Shown here piece by piece: positions 57,213-64,000 of a DNA stretch of 64,000 nt; the first letter of the stretch is position 1; each line of letters starts with the position of its first letter. The position numbers and the translations under genes were made by a program. The notes beneath the pieces were generated by a model. The model worked only from the letters and a program-made list of their open reading frames with translations, made no database searches and was not told where the DNA came from. The DNA is from a virus, in the IMG/VR virus record IMGVR_UViG_3300045988_102364; one strand, given 5' to 3'.

Positions 57213-60200
57213 TTATCTATTCTTAATCTTATCTTCGGAAATCAACCACTGGAATATAATTTTCCGGTTGCTAATTACTTTCTTTATCCTCATCAGCATC
57301 CAACTTCCTCTTAACCTATCCAGCCATGACCGTCTGAAATTAAGAGAATCAGGATTAACTGACTTATTTATATCGTTATCGTCCTTGATCCAAATAGGGG
57401 TTTCTGACCGGTCATCGTCAACCCTGTTGAAGAAGTCATTTAACTTATGTCTTCTATATACCTCAGTATCCAGGACCTCAGTATGGTCGCCTACGATCTT
57501 CGGATACGATATACGTTGCGCTAAATTATTCTTTTCTTCTGGAACAAGATGAATTTCACCTGAGTTGTTTGTGTCGTTGTAGATAATTATCGTATCTAAA
57601 CCTACTTTCCTGTCAAGAGTGTAATTCACATCATCGACGTATTTCCTTGCATCAAGCTCGTATTCTACAGAAGCCAGCGTAGAGCCATTATATTTCTCTT
57701 TTATCGGCACTTCTAATATAAATGGATATGTTGCTCCGTAGAATGTCTGGAAGCTCTTATTCGTCAGCAAATGACTCCATAATCCGCCTTCTTCGTCTGA
57801 TGCTGGGAAGTTTATGCCTGTCTGGAAATATTGTTGCTGTTCTATATAATAGTCAGGACAGAACGAATAATAAGAAATCCATTCTTGCTTCAGACACGAA
57901 TATCCGATAGTGAACGACACGTCTTTAAAATACTGTTCGTCTTTTAAAGATATTTCCTTATCATTTGACAACACCTCTGTTTCATTGTACAAGAACCTTC
58001 CACCATCATATTTGTAATATGCCGGGTTCTTAACAGGTATATAATCTTTTTTCGTGATAAGTACCCTCTTATACCTGTTATCCCATCCAAGAGACAGACC
58101 AAGACCGATAAATTTATTGTCTGTATCTTCTTCTGTCATCTCTGTGCCGGTTAAGATATTAGTTATTCCGTATCTAAGAATCTTAAACGGAAGATGACGC
58201 TTGAGCCAATGTCTGATACCTACACTAAGTTCCTTGAGATTACGTCCGTTCGGATCGGTCATAAACACTTGTGCTCTTTTAGTATCTACCCAGAAGTGAC
58301 CAAATTCTGAACTAATTATTTCAGTGCTCTGGGTTCCAGAATAACCGAGGTCGGTCGTGTTGTACTCCAGAGGCCGGGACGCGAACAGACCGCCGGTGCC
58401 CATCTCAGCCTGCCCCGGGGAGGTGCGCTCCTTGATTACATCTATGGCGTTATGGAGTGAAACCTGATCCTCGAACCTGACAAGAATCTGATCGGATTCA
58501 ATACGCTTCATGTGAATAAGCTTCCCGTTGCTGGTTGGAAACTCATGATAGTCCATAGGCTTGTACGTTAGCCACGGATCTGTTTGACTGTTTTCAGATA
58601 CGTCAGCCCTACTCCATATAACACCATTAGGTCGCTGGTAAGCACAATCATAAAAACGACGTTCGTATGTTGCCGGCAATACATTAGGTGTCAACGTCAT
58701 TCTTGATGAGTAGATAGGACTTATCTTGTAATCATTGTCCCTATGGATAGACACGTTCTTTTCTTGTGTCCACCAAGCAAAATCACCATGAGCCGGATAA
58801 AACCATTCATGAGGCTCTACTCCTTCTAATCGGAAATTGCAGTTTATTTCCGATTCTACGAGGAATTGAGGAATACCATAAGACCACAGATAGAATCTAC
58901 CATCCACGTATTTCTTAGCCTCGTTCTCACCATTTAAATTATACAAACTTTTTCTGTTTGGATAAAAAGAATACGTTCCTTTGCTTGATGATGTCCAGCT
59001 ATTAAAACGTTCGTTGTCAGTATGCTCAAGCATATCTTCTCCAGTATCGTAATTAACGAAATACTTGGGAAATCCGACATTTCGGTAATCATTGTAAGCA
59101 AATGGTATCATATCCCCTATACCAAAAGCAGTATTATAAAAAAATGGGAATTTCCGTTTCATGGAAAACCTCGATATGTAGGTGTCACCGCCAAACAGCG
59201 GTTGTTTCCCTCCTTGGAAGAATCCACATCCTCCGACTGATATCCATTTGATGTCTTCTATAGCTCCATACTGATCGGGCCTGTACCGCATAAGCTTCAT
59301 ATATGGAGAACAGATATAAGACAACATCTTCGTTCTTTCAAAAGATTCTTTAGATCCAGCATCAGAAGCCATGATAACAGGGTCATGGATACGACTTGTA
59401 TCATATACCTGGGCCTGCATAGGATACGATACAAGATACTTTGAATTTAAGATGCTTGTATCAGGATCCTTTTCTCCCGGATCTCCAAAAGACAAGAACA
59501 TGGAGGATTCTCTATCTATGTTATTTATAAACAAGAAATCTTTTGAAGCGTTTTGGTTATCATCACCCACATCTTCTCCAGTAACCCAAGATGATGTCGT
59601 AGACGGGTCGGATATGGGGTACATACCTGATTTAAGACTCTTGGTGTTAGCCAATCCCCTTAATCTGTTTTGTTCGTATGGAGCCGTATCATCGAAGCCC
59701 ATCATGCTATTGTAGTAACCTACAGACGTGTAATAAAAAGCATGGTTTCTTCTTGGGCCATTGTTTATGAATGTCGTGAGCCAATCATATCTATACTTAC
59801 CATACAATACCGGTCTTTTAGCAAGCGTATCAGATATGGTGGCAATCATTGAAGCGAATATCATTGCCATATTGATATTACCTATCACACCTACATACGC
59901 AGACGTAGAACGGTTCATAAGCTCTTCCGCTATCTGATAAGCTATGGTGGCCGTAGATTCGATGTTAGCCAACGTAGCCGCCATCTTATATGATTGTTTT
60001 CCTAAGATCGTCCATTTGGGATGATCTTCAACCTCATCAAAGTTTCCTACAGACATTCCCCTTATAAAACCTTCTATAGCCACCTCCGTAGGGGTTTCAG
60101 GCTTATTGAAATAAATATCAGGAGAACTAAATGCATACCACACGTTTCCTCTTCTGAAAAATGGGTGGGTTATAAACGATACCCTTTTTTCAGTTGCGTA

Positions 60201-63200
60201 ATTAAAAGAGTCATCCGATAAATCATTATACGGATAATTAGGATACAGATTAAGATTCGAGTTTTGACCGGAATACCTGTACATGTCGTAAGCTATTCCG
60301 GTGGCTATAACAGAACGATTAAGACGTCTGTCACCTCTATATATCTCATAGCCTGTAACCATATCTCGCTGCTCTTTGGTTATCAATCCGGAATCTACAG
60401 CAAAATCAAGGAAGACGTTAATCATATCCTCGTCTACTAATATTCCTATAGGATAAATATCGGAAGGAACATCATAAGACCTAACATCCCGGTTCATGAA
60501 AAGCATATGATCGTTGTCCGGGAACTTATAATGCCGGATAGGTTGTTGGCAAAAGACGGTACTGGTATCTACCGTACCATATTTATGACCTTTAAAAGAC
60601 ATCATTCCCTTGTCATCCGTAGAAGGGGAACCGTAGTATTCAGTAAGCTTGGATACGATATTGTCGTAAGCTTTCTTGGAATTGCCTTCATAACCGTGAT
60701 CACTTATCTTAACCTTACTACTGTCATACAGTTCAAAATTAGCAGGATACTTCTCAGACGATTCCCAGTAAGCGAAATCACCGTACTTGTATTTCCTTGG
60801 AGCGCAGTTTATGGGGCGATCCCCGCATATCGTACACTGGCTGGCGTATTCTACTGTGGCCCTTAACGATATTTCTTTTGCCCGTACATTTATCCTGTCT
60901 ATTTCCTTTTCTCTGATACCAAAAATATAGGGGTATATAGTTTTACCAAGGACGTAAGATGTGCCTACCAAACCTCTTGACGGTTTCTTACTGTTCTCCT
61001 CTTCTCCATCGTCTTTAACCTTACAGAAATCAATCTGTCGGACGGTAAAAATCCAAGGGCATGATACTATAGGGCAGTCTATGGCTACATACAATCCATC
61101 AGGGTACTTATCGAAGAAAGATTCGCCTATGTGCCCAAAGTAAGGACGGGATGCTCCAACAATAACATAATTATCGCCTTCATCCATAATCTTCTCCCAA
61201 TCAAAGTTGAGATCATCCTTATCTATCTTCCTATTGCTTCCTTTGTATCTTGGATCTAATGATTTCCAAAAAGAAAGACGGACATATTGTGTGGACACAG
61301 CATCCATAAGACCATCTATTTTACCCAAAGATTCCAGATAAAGAACTTTGTCCTTGGCCGGGAAATCAGGATCATCCCATTCTTTAGGTCTTGTAATATG
61401 GAGGAAACGGGCGTTACGAAGCACGCATTTCGTAAACCTCCATACCAACAACTCTGACGTAAACATCGTAGAACCTTTAACATCTTCAGGAATAAGAGCG
61501 CCTACGTTATTGTCAGCTAAATTAGCATAAGAATCCCAGGTCCATCCATCTCCGTAATCTCCTTCTGGAACGTAACCGGTATCAAGGAAATTATATGAAT
61601 AATCATCTATCTTCTTCTCTATCTCAGGCCAGGTGTCCCTTATCAAGGCTCCAGGCGCTATCCTTGACCTGTAGGCGTCGTTGTGGATAGTGCTCGAAGA
61701 ACGTCCGGCACGCCAATCTGGAAGACATCTTCCATTAAAACAAACCTTCCCCTCTTCATCTTCTTTATCGTTATTCCACACATCATTCATAAGCAGGTAT
61801 GCTCCAAGAAGTGTTGAAGATGACTGGAATGAGTTATAATCGCTTCTGGCAATAGTAGGATTAAGACAAGGCTCTTCTATAAAACATCCGCAAGTACACG
61901 GCATAGAATCCAGAACATAAATAGCTTCGGCTATAGACTGTAATATAACAGACGGTTGTAACAGAGAATCGTACACAGAACACGCCTTAGTCCCATCATC
62001 TCCCGACCAGAATCCAGCCCAATGACCGCCATCTTCGTCATCGGCAAAGAAATACTTGTCCATGAACTCTATCATCTGTTCCTGTAGTTCCCAGTTAAAT
62101 AACACAGAATACTTGTCTTGCTTTTCACCGCCGGTAGTATATAGGTAGTCGGTGGATACGTGCTCCATATCCTCAAGCTCCTTATACGTATATTCTTCAC
62201 GGAAACCCACAATACGATCTACCGGAGCTGTAATAAGCGAATACTGGCGATGCGCATCAGTACACTCGGCTCCAAACTCAGGAGCCTCGATACCATCTAT
62301 AGCTTCTTTTTGTTCCTCCGTATTATGATCGTCAGGTTCTCCGTAGCTGTTGAATATATCGCATATTTCGTTGGCAGCAGCATTATTAGGTTCTTCTGTA
62401 GCGGTATTACATGCGATGTCTTTTATATTAGATGAAAAATAATTAATCACCTCATCTATTATAATCTGACTTCTGAATGTAAAACTAACGTTCGTATAAG
62501 TTTTAAAATCATTTTGCAATGTTATAGTTTGACCGATAGTAGCCGGATTTTTACATTCTTCTTGTCCGGTTTCTTCATCATCAAAATCCTTCGGATCTCC
62601 TGCCGTATTATAATACTGCCACTTGAATTTACGCTCTTGCCCTGAACAAGGTGGAGCATATTGGTTTATGGACTTATATACCCTATCGGTATCCTTATTT
62701 TCTATTTCTGCCGCAGCATCTTTATAAGGGGGAGGTATTAACACAAATGCCGGAGTTTTATAACCGTTGGAGCACTTAAAAGAAATAGCAAACGGATACA
62801 CTTCATTTCTCATATACCCCACATACAATGAACAGGCATTACCATCCTTATACAGATCTTCGTGGGCTACCGATGCCTGCCATTGAAGGAAGTGTCCCAT
62901 GAGGGAAACTACAGGCTGTAAATTCCATTCTTTTTCCGCCGTAAGACCATATTGAAGAAGACGATTCCCGACAGCCACAATCCCCCTTGATGTGTTATAC
63001 ACAGGTTTTTTCAAGGATATGTGTTCGAATGTAGTACGTTTGTTATTAAGATCCGAATAATACAATATAGTCTTTTCTGATACAGGATGGATACCTTCTA
63101 CAAAGTAATCAACAACCGGTTGAGTTTCTCCGTTGTATCCTACTGTATTTTGAATGATAACAACCTTAAAATATTCAACTTGACGATCTATGTTAGATAC

Positions 63201-63977
63201 GACGAATCTAATACCTAAATTAGTACGTTCTCCCCATTTGCCATCTTTTTGAGTAATATACTGTTCATCGAATATAGGTACAGGATTAGTAGGATTAGAA
63301 TAACTTCCAAGCTCATTTCCAAACTCGTCACAAGGAGCCACAGTGGCCTGATAGACGCCTGAGCGCAGGCTGCCCCCGTACTCTATCTGAGCCGGCTCTA
63401 TGCACATGGGTTTGAGTAGCGGAAACACCCTAAGTTTCTCACATGCCAGAAAACAACCATTCTCCTGCATGAACTTTTTCCTATCGTATTCTTTATCGCA
63501 TATCTTATACCCATGATAATGATACCATATATCACCTTCATCATCAGGAGTCAGAGCCTTGTCTACAATAACATACCTGGGAGGATTATAATCGTCAGTC
63601 CAGTAAATACATTTTCCACATTTCTCTGTCTTTATTTCTATGGTTTTTATAGGATGGTAGATAGAGAACTTAAGGCAAGGATCTTGCTCGTTGTCTTCCA
63701 GCAAGGTCTTCATGCCAGAACACAACGACTCCGATCCTTCTACCATAGATTCTATATCGGAATCGGATAAGATACTTGTATCGGATTCAGGCTTGAAATA
63801 AGTTATTTTAGATACGCCTGTTTCAGGATTTGTTATAAAAAAATAGATATTGCCTGAAGTAAGATCATTCTTGTAACCAATAACTTTAAACCCATCGAAA
63901 TCAATGCATTTAAGATTACTATGCTCGTTAGATCTCATCCCAACATTACCATCCTCGGATTCGATGTTGGCATTCAA
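57213..63977 (-). CDS. giant virion protein (at least 2254 aa; N-terminus may extend beyond the window)
   Basis: Uninterrupted ORF rich in W/Y/N/G/D, beta-rich composition suggestive of a tail or receptor-binding structural protein. Confidence 0.5.
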   Translation of the reverse strand: MNANIESEDGNVGMRSNEHSNLKCIDFDGFKVIGYKNDLTSGNIYFFITNPETGVSKITYFKPESDTSILSDSDIESMVEGSESLCSGMKTLLEDNEQDPCLKFSIYHPIKTIEIKTEKCGKCIYWTDDYNPPRYVIVDKALTPDDEGDIWYHYHGYKICDKEYDRKKFMQENGCFLACEKLRVFPLLKPMCIEPAQIEYGGSLRSGVYQATVAPCDEFGNELGSYSNPTNPVPIFDEQYITQKDGKWGERTNLGIRFVVSNIDRQVEYFKVVIIQNTVGYNGETQPVVDYFVEGIHPVSEKTILYYSDLNNKRTTFEHISLKKPVYNTSRGIVAVGNRLLQYGLTAEKEWNLQPVVSLMGHFLQWQASVAHEDLYKDGNACSLYVGYMRNEVYPFAISFKCSNGYKTPAFVLIPPPYKDAAAEIENKDTDRVYKSINQYAPPCSGQERKFKWQYYNTAGDPKDFDDEETGQEECKNPATIGQTITLQNDFKTYTNVSFTFRSQIIIDEVINYFSSNIKDIACNTATEEPNNAAANEICDIFNSYGEPDDHNTEEQKEAIDGIEAPEFGAECTDAHRQYSLITAPVDRIVGFREEYTYKELEDMEHVSTDYLYTTGGEKQDKYSVLFNWELQEQMIEFMDKYFFADDEDGGHWAGFWSGDDGTKACSVYDSLLQPSVILQSIAEAIYVLDSMPCTCGCFIEEPCLNPTIARSDYNSFQSSSTLLGAYLLMNDVWNNDKEDEEGKVCFNGRCLPDWRAGRSSSTIHNDAYRSRIAPGALIRDTWPEIEKKIDDYSYNFLDTGYVPEGDYGDGWTWDSYANLADNNVGALIPEDVKGSTMFTSELLVWRFTKCVLRNARFLHITRPKEWDDPDFPAKDKVLYLESLGKIDGLMDAVSTQYVRLSFWKSLDPRYKGSNRKIDKDDLNFDWEKIMDEGDNYVIVGASRPYFGHIGESFFDKYPDGLYVAIDCPIVSCPWIFTVRQIDFCKVKDDGEEENSKKPSRGLVGTSYVLGKTIYPYIFGIREKEIDRINVRAKEISLRATVEYASQCTICGDRPINCAPRKYKYGDFAYWESSEKYPANFELYDSSKVKISDHGYEGNSKKAYDNIVSKLTEYYGSPSTDDKGMMSFKGHKYGTVDTSTVFCQQPIRHYKFPDNDHMLFMNRDVRSYDVPSDIYPIGILVDEDMINVFLDFAVDSGLITKEQRDMVTGYEIYRGDRRLNRSVIATGIAYDMYRYSGQNSNLNLYPNYPYNDLSDDSFNYATEKRVSFITHPFFRRGNVWYAFSSPDIYFNKPETPTEVAIEGFIRGMSVGNFDEVEDHPKWTILGKQSYKMAATLANIESTATIAYQIAEELMNRSTSAYVGVIGNINMAMIFASMIATISDTLAKRPVLYGKYRYDWLTTFINNGPRRNHAFYYTSVGYYNSMMGFDDTAPYEQNRLRGLANTKSLKSGMYPISDPSTTSSWVTGEDVGDDNQNASKDFLFINNIDRESSMFLSFGDPGEKDPDTSILNSKYLVSYPMQAQVYDTSRIHDPVIMASDAGSKESFERTKMLSYICSPYMKLMRYRPDQYGAIEDIKWISVGGCGFFQGGKQPLFGGDTYISRFSMKRKFPFFYNTAFGIGDMIPFAYNDYRNVGFPKYFVNYDTGEDMLEHTDNERFNSWTSSSKGTYSFYPNRKSLYNLNGENEAKKYVDGRFYLWSYGIPQFLVESEINCNFRLEGVEPHEWFYPAHGDFAWWTQEKNVSIHRDNDYKISPIYSSRMTLTPNVLPATYERRFYDCAYQRPNGVIWSRADVSENSQTDPWLTYKPMDYHEFPTSNGKLIHMKRIESDQILVRFEDQVSLHNAIDVIKERTSPGQAEMGTGGLFASRPLEYNTTDLGYSGTQSTEIISSEFGHFWVDTKRAQVFMTDPNGRNLKELSVGIRHWLKRHLPFKILRYGITNILTGTEMTEEDTDNKFIGLGLSLGWDNRYKRVLITKKDYIPVKNPAYYKYDGGRFLYNETEVLSNDKEISLKDEQYFKDVSFTIGYSCLKQEWISYYSFCPDYYIEQQQYFQTGINFPASDEEGGLWSHLLTNKSFQTFYGATYPFILEVPIKEKYNGSTLASVEYELDARKYVDDVNYTLDRKVGLDTIIIYNDTNNSGEIHLVPEEKNNLAQRISYPKIVGDHTEVLDTEVYRRHKLNDFFNRVDDDRSETPIWIKDDNDINKSVNPDSLNFRRSWLDRLRGSWMLMRIKKVISNRKIIFQWLISEDKIKNR

Positions 63978-64000
63978 GGCAAACGTATAATGCTGATCCG

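Noticed and set aside
18980-63977. Virion RNA polymerase DxDGD motif in the giant proteins
   Set aside because: Scanned all giant ORF translations by eye for D-x-D-G-D and found none, so no RNAP call is made
1-64000. CRISPR array, integrase/att sites, rRNA
   Set aside because: No spaced direct-repeat array, no tyrosine/serine recombinase-like ORF and no rRNA-like conserved segments seen

Overview
The window looks like part of a large tailed dsDNA phage genome with a crAss-like layout: AT-rich background and no integrase, rRNA or CRISPR array. Positions 30-18305 are a plus-strand replication/DNA-metabolism block. It has a primase-like Zn/Toprim protein, a DnaB-like helicase, an SF2 DEAH helicase, two PD-(D/E)xK nucleases (one Cas4-like with an Fe-S cysteine cluster), a dATP/dGTP diphosphohydrolase-like protein and a frameshifted C5-cytosine methyltransferase. 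Positions 18397-64000 are a minus-strand virion block. It carries four giant ORFs of 951-2254 aa and a tail-lysozyme protein, separated by islands of small accessory genes, several of them Cys-rich or low-complexity. A TTTG-N19-TAnnTTTG promoter motif suggests a Bacteroidetes host, although some genes have strong AGGAGG Shine-Dalgarno sites. Four things stand out. (1) At 53.6-55.9 kb a self-contained Ro60/Rsr ortholog (TROVE+vWA) is preceded by a cluster of tRNA-like RNAs with its own promoter and terminator. One RNA is a circularly permuted tRNA mimic (T-arm, closed acceptor hairpin, D-arm) like bacterial YrlA Y RNAs. Another is a tRNA-Lys(UUU)-like cloverleaf that lacks a pairable acceptor stem. 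(2) An acyl-carrier-protein gene sits directly before an NfeD-like gene and a flotillin (SPFH) gene inside the replication block. (3) An array of three hairpins with covarying 7-bp stems and a conserved 11-nt loop lies in a 750-nt non-coding gap next to a possible Rep-like gene. (4) Long homopolymer tracts sit in the MTase gene and upstream of a glycine-rich structural gene. Scattered GC3-rich codon patches also occur, often over catalytic motifs. All functional calls are by eye from motifs and carry the stated uncertainty.
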